64,000 bases of DNA from Octopus vulgaris (Eukaryota): the NCBI GenBank assembly GCA_951406725.2, contig OX597816.1:29140001-29204000 (forward strand), in the 5' to 3' direction. How positions within the stretch are numbered: position 1 is the first letter of the stretch; every line of letters starts with the position of its first letter. The notes beneath the pieces are model-generated. The model had not been told where the DNA came from and made no database searches. It worked only from the letters and a program-made list of their open reading frames with translations. Shown here piece after piece: positions 39,311 to 52,428 of the stretch. The position numbers and the translations under genes were made by a program.

Positions 39311-40294
39311 TTATATAAACAATAATTCATTTTAATAGCATAGCTTTCTGTTAGAAAATGTTTTTTTCCTTCCACACACATAGCTTCGTTTTATTCAAGT
39401 GGCGGTAAAAGTTTAGATTACAATTTATTTTGTAGCTTATATTCCACCAATGGACCACGCATTTGGTACTTCGGCATCATCAATCATTCCATAAAATGTG
39501 TTTAATGGGAGAAAAATATTGAAAAAATATCAATACATATGAGAGTGAAAACGGAGGGTGGTTTGGTTTGTGATAGAAACAACAGCGAAAACTCCCTTGA
39601 ATTGTTCAGCTTTTATTCTGAAAATATTTAAAATATTTGTTTGTTTTTTTTTTTACATAAAATGTTCCTCCTATGTTTTTTAAGTTAAAAAAGGAAATGG
39701 TGAAAATCGGTCCGTCTATTTATTATTTAAAAGTGATATTGTTATAGCGTTCCAAACCACCATAACAACAGGATCACTTAAATTTTTTTTTTTTTACAAA
39801 AATATACCAGTATATTAAAAATTTTTCATTCAATAAATGTTTTATATATTACGTATACATTAATAGAATAAACTGTCGGTTTTCCAAATAGTGAATAAAA
39901 CTGTCAATGAAAACATTGAAAGAGAGAATGAGAGACTTAGCAAATGAAAATAGAATACAGCGCAGTGAATGCAACGAATATTTAAATTTGTGAGAAATTG
40001 GGGATCAAAAATCCGATAAAGTTCAGAAATCTTGGAAGATGAATTAAAAAATATTCCACACGATGATGCCTTAAATAATTTCTTTCTTTGAGTAATTTTA
40101 GTAACTGTTACAATCTTATATAATAAGCAACTTTCTCCATTATAATATACATATATATATATATATATATTAGAGAGTAAAGGTAGGAAAAGTTATGTCT
40201 TAAAATCACAATAGAGATAAGTGCATAATATAAGCAATATTGTATTAATAAATAAAGTACAGTTATGATCCTTAAAATAAATAAAAAATTGAAA

Positions 40295-40382
40295 TTTCTT
40301 ACGATCCTTTCATGAATACCTCTCAAAATGAAATCTAAAGTTGATAAGCATCGTTGGGAAGTATATCCACTCATCAGAGAAA
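40295..40382 (-). ncRNA. Type I hammerhead motif, one stem III substitution
   Basis: Minus strand UUUCU-CUGAUGA-GUGGAUA...UAUUCAU-GAAA-GGAUCG-UA-AGAAA. The module ends in (TA)n at about 40170. Confidence 0.68.
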
Positions 40383-41964
40383 AGGATGGATTTCAGTCGA
40401 GGAAATCGACTGAAGAAAATGCTTTTTTAAAAATTGAATGAGAAAGGTGCTGCTTAAAAAAAATATTGGTATATGGCCGTGTTAGTATAAATACACACAC
40501 CCTTAGAGAATTTGCTATAATTCAATCTGCTAGCCCTCCCATTATAGTTTAATCGTAAATTTCGGTGTCTTTAATTCTATTTCGGTTAAATTGTCTTAGT
40601 CTTTAATACCTGCTGCAGTTGGTGTTGTTATACTTGGTTTATATTGCGGTTGATCATTATTGTGTAACATTGTACGAAACATAAATGGTATGTCGTTATC
40701 TGGATCTTCATTCAGGCATCCACTACTTTTTATTTGTTTCAGCACAAGACGATTGCCGAAATATGCATACCTAGAAATGTTAGTATATGAATGTATGTGT
40801 TTATGCATGTGTGTGTACGTGTTTGTATGATTGTGTGTGAGTATCTTTGTAGAATTAAAGCAACTCACAACAGTTAGGATAAGATAGAAAAGATAGATCT
40901 ATATGGTTCTGTTTGACCGTGTACCACCATGGAAATGTTATTTCGAAGGCTTTTTTATATGCCAGCATATTGTTCGAAACCTTATGGACGAAATGCTAGA
41001 GCAACTGCAAACTTTAACAAGTGTTTATCTAATAGCATTTTCATACCTGTAATACAGTGTGTTATTAAATTTTGAATAAAACTATTACGACTGCACTACG
41101 CGTTTAGAATCATTAAAGATTTTAAAAATGTGAGTTATGAACCCATCACTTTTAAAGAGTGAAATTAGAAATTTCCGAAAATGTGTAAAAGTCATGTTGA
41201 TTAAGAATTCTGGGTTTCCTCTGCTAAAACAGCCTGCTTTCTGCTGAATAAAACTATATCATTCTTTAAGATACTTTAACATTCTGCAAATTTCACTGAA
41301 ATCACTGTTTATATATGGCTCATTCTGACTAATCGACTCAGCGTTAGGATCTCTGGTGAGCAATGAGTCCCGTTTTAAAGTTTATTAACCGATCAAAAAT
41401 TTTCTCACCTCTGTTCCATTCTAAATTCGTAGCACCAATTAGATGCGAGAAATATTTTCCTCGGGAGAAGGTACTAGTCATTACTTAGTTCGGAGGTTTC
41501 ATTATACAAGGCATGCACTATTGAATAATTTGATGGTCACTTACAGCAGGACTGTGGTTATTAATTTTACGACGTAGTACCCTATGCGTGATCCTGTCGT
41601 GTCCTCTACAAGGTGGTTACTTGTTTTCTAATTCAATCTCTCCTGAAGTTATCTATCCTAACTTCGATTTCACCACAACCATTTAAATTAAATTTGATTA
41701 ATAGAAGCTATGTGACGTGGATTATTTCTGCTTAGAGAGTAGACTCAGTATGTGACCGTGGTTATCTTTGCCAACTGGTTCTTAGGGGCATTTTAAAGGA
41801 CTGTACTCTGTTATTAGTATTTGGGGATGCCCATTCTTTTTGTTGTCTCCAGTTAAACAGGCTTTGGAAATAGTTCTGGAGGGAGATCCTCTTAAAATTC
41901 ATTTCAAAAAGAAAATACTAATTCATAAAAATAAAGAATAATATCAGATACATTCATTTCACAG

Positions 41965-42337
41965 ATACCGGCCTTTCGGTGTTGATAAATAAGTGCCAGT
42001 TAAGTACTGAAGTCAATGTAATCGACTGATCCCAACTCTGAAATTGTGTCAAAATTTGAAACCAGTATTAGGTAGTGTCCAGTATCTTATTTACAGTGTG
42101 AACCAAAGGTCACGCACCAATACCTTTGACTCATAATCTTTAGCACGCATGGAGAAACGATTAGTGGCATTTTATCCGTTTCCATGCTATCACTTCAAAA
42201 TCTGCCGAGATCGGCTTTTCCTTTCATCCTTTCGCAGTCGAAAAATTTAAGTACCAGTGAAACACTGGGGTCGATGTAATCGACTAGTCTCCTCCCCAGA
42301 AATTTCAGGTTGTGTGTCCTATGGTAGAAAGGATCAT
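41965..42337 (+). mobile_element. Two decayed SINE group C copies
   Basis: cctttcatcctttcg..gtcga..aatttaagtaccag..ctggggtcgatgtaatcgact motif at about 41970 and 42220. Confidence 0.75.
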
Positions 42338-42574
42338 TCTTCTTCTTCTTCTTCTTTTTCTTCTTCTTCTTCTTCTTCTTCTTCTTCTTCTTCTTCTTCT
42401 TCTTCTTCTTTTTCTTCTTCTTCTTCTTCTTCTTCTTCTTCTTCTTCGTCGTCGTCTTCTTCTTCTTCTTCTTCTTCTTCTTCTTCTTCTTCTTCTTCTT
42501 CTTCGTCGTCGTCGTCGTCGTCTTCTTCTTCTTCTTCTTCTTCTTCTTCTTCTTCTTCATCTTCTTCTTCTTCT
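42337..42574. repeat. (TTC)n/(TCG)n microsatellite
   Basis: Direct reading; it is the source of the poly-K/S/L ORFs. Confidence 0.97.
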
Positions 42575-43339
42575 TTTTAATTTTGTATATCACATACAAG
42601 TACGTGTGTATTCATCATTCTTTTGTTTATTCTATTTAATTTGGGGAAGATGTAGAATGCATTTGACATTACCATCGCATATCAATGTTTGAGCCACCCT
42701 GTACAAATCTTGTGTTTATTTTTTCTAAACTTTCTTAAACATAGCAAATGTTAGTGTCTATTCATTGGTTTATTATCAACACATCAGGACAAGAAATTAT
42801 AGATTACAGGTTAGAAATGCTGTTCTATTGTTTCTGTAAATCAGAAGAACGAAAATAATTTGTTTCAGTTGGCTATCGAAACCGGATCGCAAACATTTCT
42901 GATACTTTTCATTTTTAATTACATAATTGTTATTGCCGATATGTTAGTCATTATAACCAAGGTATAATCTATTGGTATTTATAAGAAGTGCTAAATAATA
43001 CGCATATCTGTAAAGAGGTAACATGTAAGTTCGTTCCAGAGCGTTCAATTCTGCTTAACCTTGTGTTAGCGTTCGTATTATTTAATATATCAGCAGCAAC
43101 TAGTAGTGTCGTGACTCAAATGTTTAATTCTAACTTTCGGTGTCCCTATATGCACCTGGCAATATTTTCTTTGTTTTGGCATTGCTGTCTTACTTCTCTA
43201 TCCAGTGTACATTGCCCTAAACATCCTTCCGTCTCTACTCGGAAAAGTTACGTTGATGTCTAAGTTTCGCAGTAAAGTTTATATTTAGGTGATGAATTGA
43301 GGAATTTTCATATTGCAGAAATAGGTAAATAAAATTTGA

Positions 43340-44175
43340 ATAGCACAAGGCCAGTAATTTGATGGATATGGGTATGTATATTACATCGACTTAGTGCTCC
43401 ACTAGCACTTATTTCGGATCTTTTCGGTTTGAACGGCAGCTTTTAACATAATTTCTAGGTAATTAAAAAATTTTTAATTTCGTATACTGGTAGAATGTGT
43501 TTATAAAACATCTTTTTCTCTTGGCTTTATTGAGAAAATTCTATAGTTTGTAAGATATTTGTTGTTTTTTTCTTCAATTTCTGCAATTTCAACCAATCAG
43601 TGACGTCTATTGAGTAAAAAAGCATTCTGTGCCGTATGAATAATTCCCTCGTTTAAGAAACAGATTGGGTTTATTTACATTTGTGAAGAGAAAAAGATAC
43701 CCTTCCCCCACACCTAACCCTAACAATAACTAGCCCTAACCTTAAAAGAGATTGAAATGCAATAGATCGATACTAGGGTCATGATTATGGGTGACAATTT
43801 CATATGACACTGCTAGAAAAACTGCCGTTCAAACCGAAATGATCCCTTACTTCATCAATCCCGAAGGGATGGAAGACTAGGGCAGCCTCAGTGGAATTTG
43901 AACTCAGAACCTAAGCCTTTTACCCAGCGTGCTAACGATTCTGCCAGCTTCCTGCATTGAGTAAATAGATAATATTGTTCTCATATTTTGGCTCATGGTC
44001 AGCAATTTTGTGGAAGGCAATAGTCGATTATATCGATTCGTAATGGTACTTATTTTATCGATCTCGAGAGGATGTATGGCAAAATCGTCCACGGCGGAAA
44101 TTGAACACCGAATTTTAAGACGGGCGAACTACTGTTATGCATTTGTTCCAGCGTGCTAACAATTCAGTCAGCTAG
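43340..44175 (-). mobile_element. Two tandem SINE group C copies, the first split by a MITE
   Basis: SINE sequence resumes across the MITE TSD (..gcacttatttc | cttacttcatcaatcccgaaggg); heads gcgtgctaac...ccagct near 43950 and 44170. Confidence 0.75.
43416..43845 (+). mobile_element. Merlin-like MITE, complete, 8-bp TSD
   Basis: TIRs ggatcttttcggtttgaacggcag / ctgccgttcaaaccgaaatgatcc; TSD cttatttc / cttacttc; GG termini; internal telomere-like TAACCC. Confidence 0.85.
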
Positions 44176-45577
44176 CTGTGTTTTGTGTTTTAGTTCGATT
44201 TTTTTCTCTACTTATTAATATTTCCAATTAGCATTTCAACGTTTCTTACAATAGATATGTTAGTCGTAAACTAATTGTAATATATTGATATTATTCATTC
44301 TAGGGTGTCATGGCAGGAAATGATCACATATTGATTGTGAATTCACTATAAAAGATTATATGAAATGCATTTCTCTTCAAGAAAATTAGGCTTTCCTCAA
44401 AATCCTACCTTCCCTCTTTGAAATGGCGTCATTTCAAAAAGCCTTGAAGACGTTGTGTCATGTGTACTGTAAAGCGTTTAAGATTGATTTATGACTAAAA
44501 ATTTAAAAAAACATGCTGCAATGAGACAAAATAAACAATTAATTATCAATAATATATACAATTTCTTTCTTCGCTTACTCCTCCTTAACGTCCGCTCTTA
44601 CAAATCTTTCTCCTAACTCTATGTTAATTTTCGTTTTATATTCTTATTTTCTGTCTAGATATAATGTATGCTGAGTGCTACTAAAAATAGCAGTAAAATT
44701 GGGTCATTTTTATATATTTCAGTATATTTCATGTTTCATTTTGTTATTAATTGTGGTATTCATTTTCGTATAAAGAGAAACCAATCTCAGATCTATATTA
44801 GTCTACTTTCAGAAATTCCTTCTTCATATGTCTCCTTTTCGAAAGACCAATTTTGCAGATTTTTGTAATCATTTCTTTCCAATTACATCGCTGAAATCAC
44901 TAAAGAAAGACTAAACGACACACAGCCTTACCTTCATTCAATTATAAATCAGATGCCTTCCTTCTGTATAATAAATCAATATTGAGGTTATATACATTTG
45001 CATAAGAAAAAAATTATAATCGTTCGATAATGTGAATTGATTTTCAGTCCACGATGTACGCTTTAACCTAACATAAACTGATTATATCCCTTCTTAATTG
45101 AGATGTTTGCTATAGTTTCACAGTTTATATTGTTCTCGGAGCAAAATGAAGTAACCACACAAATTAACCACTTAGTAAATTCAGAGGAGATGAAATTGCC
45201 TGTTTTCATGTATACAATGTCTACCTTATGAGCATTGTATGTAGGATTACATTATAAATCAGGAAACAAGAGATAAATAAGAGATGTGTTGGTGAATAGC
45301 CAGCAGTAAATATTATTAAAGAGAAACTCCATAAGAATAAAATGTTTTAGAAGATACCATGTAAATCATTTATGTCGCTGTGAGAAACATATTCTTTGTA
45401 AATTTGTAAATGGTCTGCGTGTAGTTATATATACATACACACCACCATATAAATATATGCATACATATTTAAATATATATATATATATATATGTATGTAT
45501 TCATGTATATATGTATATATGTATATCTATCTCTCTGTCTATCTCTGTATCAAAATATATACCTATCTCTCTCTCTT

Positions 45578-45619
<42 letters not shown>

Positions 45620-45622
<3 letters not shown>

Positions 45623-45817
45623 ATATGTTACATTACTCAATAGTCAAGATAAAACTCTGAGTTTCAGATGCCGAAGTGGAAATCCACAACACCATCTTTT
45701 CGGTTATCTGGCCATTCTTGACTATTGAGTAATGTAACATATTATTTTATAGATAAATTTCCTCTATTTACATAATATTGAGGTCTCTTTCTTTCTTTTG
45801 TTATCTTACCGTTTTTA

Positions 45818-45820
<3 letters not shown>
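45620..45820. mobile_element. 200-bp Penelope-type module between two (TA)n tracts with 30-bp inverted arms and a decayed hammerhead
   Basis: ataatatgttacattactcaatagtcaaga (45620-45649) vs its reverse complement (45717-45746). The minus strand between them reads GAUAA-CCGAAA-AGAUG..CAUCU-GAAA-CUCAGAG-UU-UUAUC. Confidence 0.7.
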
Positions 45821-45904
<84 letters not shown>

Positions 45905-46443
45905 CATATATATATATATATATATATAACAGAATATATATATAAGATTTTTTTCTATAAGTATTATTGCTACCTTAAGATTATAATTAATGATAAAATG
46001 TTTTTGGCTAAATTTGGAAGAAAATCGGCAATTTATTTATTTAATGCCGGTTGAGTTCCGCATTTGCGCGGCGGATTCGAAACATTAGAACCTATAGACA
46101 CGTGGCTGATCATTTGTCGCTCCGTATCTATGTGTTCGGTCCTTGCAACCTACTGAAGAAGCAGCGCCAGATATAGATTGAAATTATTTTATTTCAATCT
46201 GTATTCAAGTCTGCAGAATCCTTGCATTGTCTAGGATAATAAGGTAAACATTTTTATTTTTCAGTATTACAATTTGTGGCTTGCAGTTTAACTGCTCTTT
46301 CTAGTGAGTCAGATATCCTATCTTTTGGGTATCTCTTATGTATTTGAATGTACACTGTATTCTTCTTTTCTCTCTCTCTCTCTCTGTCTCTCTCTCTCTC
46401 TCTTTCTCTCTCTATATATATATATTTATATACATATGTATAG

Positions 46444-46616
<173 letters not shown>

Positions 46617-46624
46617 CATGCACA

Positions 46625-49600
46625 CACTCAATTCTCTCTTTGCACGGGGGATAAGTTCCAGAGAGAACCATGCAAAATAAAACTGTGTAAAAAATATACA
46701 GTTTACATATGAAAATTAGAAATAGGTTCCATCCAAAAATATTTAATAAAAACATGTTAATTTTCATATGAAAATTGAATTTTTTAAAATATTTATACAT
46801 ATATATATATATACATATACATACATACTTATATACATATATACACACACACACACATATATATATGTGTGTGTGTGTATTTCAATACGGAGCAAATAAT
46901 TCACGAGAAAAAATAATTTGCGAAGATAAAATTGACTCTATCGTTATCTATTGTAACAATGTAAGAATCATAAGAACAGAATCAATAATATAGGCGATTA
47001 CAGGTCCATAAAGGCATTAAATAGCTGAAGGATTAACTTTATTCGAAGGACTTATTAATTATGTCTACCTGATAGAAATGTTAGTCAAATACACTTATAA
47101 TGAATACATGAATAAATTGCCCAAACCCAAACGGGCTAAGACAATCTCTCTTCATACATTCAAGTATTTGGACTCTAGTGGACTGGTTTCCTGAGTGGCT
47201 TAATAGCCTCCCCTCCTTCAGTGTGAGTTACCATGACAAAGGGCCACAACCCGTCATGCTGAAGTCAGCGCAGCAACTGATTCCTTTTGCGCCGAATCAG
47301 GGCAAACACGAGTGTGAAAATATTTTCAATACGGAGCAAATAATTCACTGGAAAATAATGCACAAACACACACGTGCGCGCGCACACACACACATATATA
47401 AATATATATAACATATAAAATATATATAATAAACATAATCAGTCATTGAGTGTCACTGCTAGACAGTAAACGCGCCCGCTTTCTGTTGTTTTTCGGTGAT
47501 GCACAATTAAAATTATTCTCGTCACTGGAAATAGTTAATGGCGATATATATGGCGATATAGTTAATGGCGATATATATGGTTTATCGTGAATTATATTAA
47601 CATCTTGTGTTTCTTTTATGTAACTGGTTTTGAATACGAATTCGTTTATCAGACGCTGTGATTTTGTTTTTGTTACTTCTTTATATGATTCTTCATAACG
47701 TGCCATAATCATATTCAAAACATTTTGGAACTGCACAGCTCGTTCAACATTGATATGATTTGCAAGAAAGTGGTTTCCAGGATTATTGGCTATTTGGAGG
47801 TCTTCTAGATTTGTACTAGCAGATAGTGGAACCTATTCGTCATCACCACCACAATAAATTAACCCGGAATCATATATATTCTCTGAAATACTCTCAATAA
47901 TTTGTTCTTCATTAGGAGCCTTGTCAATTGTTAATTCTGTAATATCTTCAATTGTTAAATTCTTCAAAACATTCTCTGCCAATTTGATGTGACAAAGTGA
48001 TGATATCTCGTATTTATATTAAATTGGTTTTTCATATTCTGGCCAAAGTGATCCCCAGCACGCATTTAGGGTAGATGGCTTTAATTCGGATAATTTGACA
48101 GCGTATATAACACAATTATATCAAATTTTTTCCATGCTTGAAAGTGTACCATCTTTTTCTAGCTCATCTATAATCTATTCAAATGTGTGCTGGGTATAAT
48201 ATGATTTGAATGTTGAAATTATACGCTGGTCAAGCGGCTGAATCAGTGATGTTGTATTAGTTGCCAGAATACGACTTTTATATTCATGTGTTTCAAACAT
48301 GGATGACTGGGTATATTGATTATAAGTAAAAGTACTTTAAACTCAAGGACATGTATCTTTCATATATCTTCTTATTTCAGGAGCGACGCAGTTGTTCAGC
48401 CATTCAGTAAACATTTACTAAAGTCAACGCCTTTCATTGCATGCGGACGAACGGATCGAATTATTAATAACGATTTTAAATAACAATCTCTAGATGCGTT
48501 GCTACATACCAAGAAAGTTACACAGTCGAGCTGGCAGAAACTTTACCACGTCGGGCGAAATGCTTAGCCGAATTTCGTCTGCCGTTACGCCCTGAGTTCA
48601 AATTCCGCCGAGGTCGACTTTACCTTTCATCCTTTCGGGGTCGATAAATTAAGTACCACTTACGCACTGGGGTCGATGTAATCGACTTAACCCCTTTGGC
48701 TATCCTTGTTTGTCCCCTCTATGTTTAGCCTCCTGTGGGCAATAAAGAAATAAGAAAGTTACACTGTCTTCAGCTTAAAAGCACAGGCAATTTCTCTTAT
48801 TTTGCTATATACGTTCTGTTTGGCATTTTTTTCTAAAAGAGACCAGTTTCTTCTGCGTTGAGTACTTGGTCTGAAATATAACCGCCTTCTTTAATTATTT
48901 TAGTTAGTTTTGGAAGAAATTCTTCAGAAACTGTCTTATTTGCCGAATATATTTCACCTCTCATTTTTATATTATGCAGTGCGTGTCTTTTGAGGAATTT
49001 TGTAAGCCATTCCGTACTTGCCGCATATTCATTCTTCTTTTTATTACTAGACAGATGTAACGCACTTGATGACTTCAGATCATTAATCTTCTCTTAAAAT
49101 TGAAATGCCATCTGTTTTATGGTTTTACCATCTACTGGTATTCTTTTTTTATTGTTTTCTTTTATCTATACTAATAAAACTTTCTCCATTTTTTCTTGAA
49201 TTATGTCTCTGGTATATGACCATAGCTTAGCAGATGATTTAGTTACAGAAGCTACAGATCATCTAATGGCGACATCATTCCTTTTGATCGTCCTTATTGT
49301 AGCATCGTTTAGGCAGAAAGCTCTATCCAAGGATGCTGCACTTTCGCCCTTACGAAGACGATCCAAAATAAAAGAACATGAATTTCTTTGGAGACCAAGA
49401 AACTGATCTCCAAAGAAATTGATGCTCTTTTATTTTTCTTAGATTTATCAACCGACATTTTGGGGTAGGTTATCACTATCACTATCGCAAATAAGAAGTA
49501 TAGCAGAGGATGAAACATGCGACACGTTTTTCGTATTAGACCCGATGCTAAAGACGTTTGATTGAGCGGTTACGTGCAGCAAGAAGTATGTACAGTGCAT

Positions 49601-49917
49601 AGGTCCTACCCACACAGGAGAGTGGGGGATTACTATACGAACTAAAAAAATAGATTGAATTATATTTTACTTCGCTAAATTGATACTTAATCATATTACA
49701 TAGAGTTTTGGTCTTTTGTAAATTATAATTGATTGATGTTACTTAATCAATTACGTGCCACTTGCAATAAATTCGGTGCTCCAACAACGGCAGATGTTTA
49801 AACCGTGCTAAAGTTAAAAAAGAAGTAGTGCAGAAAATAATCGTTTCTTTTTGTTGGATTCTGTTATTTCAAAACTGTACAAAAAGAATAGCTTACGTGC
49901 AAAAAGAGAATTGAGTG
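46625..49917 (-). mobile_element. Tigger/pogo DNA transposon, decayed
   Basis: TIRs cactcaattctctctttgcacg / cgtgcaaaaagagaattgagtg-TA. Start MSVDKSKKNKRASISLE (49458), LDRLRKGESAASL, QVLNAEETGLF*KKMPNRTYI, NTTSLIQPLDQRII. Confidence 0.9.
48524..48751 (+). mobile_element. SINE group C inserted in the Tigger transposase, 13-bp TSD
   Basis: TSD aagaaagttacac at 48511-48523 and 48752-48764; head gagctggcagaa, B box GAGTTCAAATTCC. Confidence 0.92.
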
Positions 49918-49928
49918 TATATATATGA

Positions 49929-49990
<62 letters not shown>

Positions 49991-50123
49991 TATATACATA
50001 TACATACATATACATGCATATATATACATACATAAATGTATATATACGCATATATATATATACATATATATTATATATTGATATGAATATATACATAAAT
50101 ATATGTATATATAATATATATAC

Positions 50124-50242
<119 letters not shown>

Positions 50243-50324
50243 AGCATGTATATAAATGTATAGTGTAACCAATAGAAATCAAAATGATATATGTATACAT
50301 AGTGAAAGTGTAAATAATGAGACT

Positions 50325-50579
50325 AGTAAAACTGAAAGCTTTATCTCACATTACAATAGAGATGTTATTGTTTCACTTTTGACACGTAATATTGAAATAT
50401 TGTAAGTGATAAGAGAATGCACTCAGCTCGCGTTAGGCAAGAAGTTCGTCTATGACAGTGCATGGACCCTAAGCAAGGCATGTATAAAATTTGAATGAAA
50501 TTGGTTGAGTAGTTCTCCTGTTTTAGTGATGCACACTTGCAGACAGACAGGCGCACATTCTCAGTTTGATATATATAGA
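50325..50579 (-). mobile_element. 5' fragment of the Helitron family seen at 34460
   Basis: Reverse complement TCTATATATATCAAACTGAGAATGTG...caaccaatttcattcaaattttatacatgcc. Confidence 0.8.
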
Positions 50580-52078
50580 TTTCGCTTAATAATCCGATAA
50601 GGAAAAGTGAAGTGCTGCCAGGAATAAATCGTTTCGGTATCGATAAGATCTGTTATCATTTGGCCACTGTGGTCAATGAAATCGCATTCACTACTTTCTG
50701 ACATTGCTGCCCGTGTGCCAACATTTGAAACCGATATTACAATACATAATTCATTAACACATACACAAGCACAGGCACGTTCTCAATCTTGCACGTTTAC
50801 ATAAATGTACATAATCTTTGTGATCGCAGTTTTAGTTACATCAGCGTTTTGATTTTCATCTAAATAAAGACGAGAGGTTAATCTTCATGTGTCTATTAGA
50901 TGGCACTTGACTCTAGTAATTTCATCCATATTTCATACGCATTGCCTTTAATCTCAGAAACGAATCAAATATTATCTTTATCATCAATCAATTTCAGTGA
51001 GGCTGACATATTATCTATAACTTTGCAGTGCACGCATTTTACTGGCTTATACGGTTATGAGTAGCATGCCTACGTTTATGAGGTCACTAACATGATATGT
51101 TTAGTCGTCTTCAAAGCAATGATAGTATCACATCGAATGCTCCCCTGTTATAAGGTTAGAGTCTTGCTATTGTCATTATATTGCATGCTTTTGACTTCAC
51201 GATAAATTTCAAAAGAAAGTTTTTCTTCTACGACAGGAGGTTTAAGACAGAAATGGGATTACACAAGGTACAAGTTGATACGAACTATATCTATACACCG
51301 CATTGACGTTTAAGCCACCATACTTCTCTCACGCCATGCATCGAACGCTATAAAATCAAAATAATTTAGAATGCTAGTAATGGCCACAGAAGTGAGCAGC
51401 AGACAACTCACATGTGCTATCTCTTTTCCAATTGCAATAGACAATATGGTAAAGCCATTCTTATTGACGTGATAAAATATTCTATGTAGTGATATAACTC
51501 AAGATCACTCAAACGTAAAATTATGGCAATTGATTGATATATTCTATTATCGATTGTTTGTAATTGAATTAATCTGCCGTCAGATAGTCACCAGTGGCCA
51601 CCTAACAGTAGTTGTTATACAATATACAACTTTGTAGCCATTTCTCTGTAATCCGCCATGCACACATCAAATATTTCAAACACCAAATGGAAGAGAGGCA
51701 TTACTAATTGAATATTGAGGTACCAGAATTTACAAATAGTATCGAAGCTCTTACATTGGAACAAAGCATCTATATTAGCCTATTTATGACATCTGTTCCT
51801 ACTTAATTATCTATAATTCATTATGCATCATTAACATGTCAGTAGAAAGCTGAGTATCCATCATGTTCTATCACTGTAGATTCTATTTATTCATTTATTT
51901 ATTTTCTCACTGATTCTTCTCACTTCAAAAAACACTCTGGCCTTTTGACCACTCCCCTAAGAACAATAGCTTGTGCCCTGTTTATCTCCTAAATACCAAC
52001 CTACCCAAAAAACCTCCCCCACCACCACTCCATTAAATCTGCCTAAATGCATAAATACCAGAACTTATTTTGACAGCC

Positions 52079-52129
52079 AGCTTCCTGAAGATTTCATCTG
52101 AATGAAACAGTTCTAGTCCTGTAGAAGCT
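52079..52129 (+). ncRNA. Type I hammerhead ribozyme motif
   Basis: AGCUUC-CUGAAGA-U-UUC(AUCU)GAA-U-GAAA-CAG(UUCUAGUC)CUG-UA-GAAGCU. Stem I is 6 bp; predicted cut after A52123; (TA)n about 85 nt downstream. Confidence 0.8.
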
Positions 52130-52211
52130 CCTTCTATAAAATGAATTACTTTACTCTGCTATGTATTGAGTACCTTATTTATTGTGGTTAACCCCGACTC
52201 AACCCGGGACC

Positions 52212-52246
<35 letters not shown>

Positions 52247-52428
52247 TCGTGTTGTGAGATTCCATCATAGAGAGGAGTAAGTTCCAAAGGGAATATGTTG
52301 CAAGAAGCCATCATAGAAAGTAATGCTAAGGGGATCTGCCCGCTGTACAGGAGTAAATCTTGGAACAGTACAGAAATGACCAATAAAGGTTACCACTTGC
52401 TATAACAAAGACTAATAGAGTATAGCTT

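Noticed and set aside
42195-42692. Poly-K, poly-S and poly-L ORFs
   Set aside because: Frames of a (TTC)n tract at a SINE tail.
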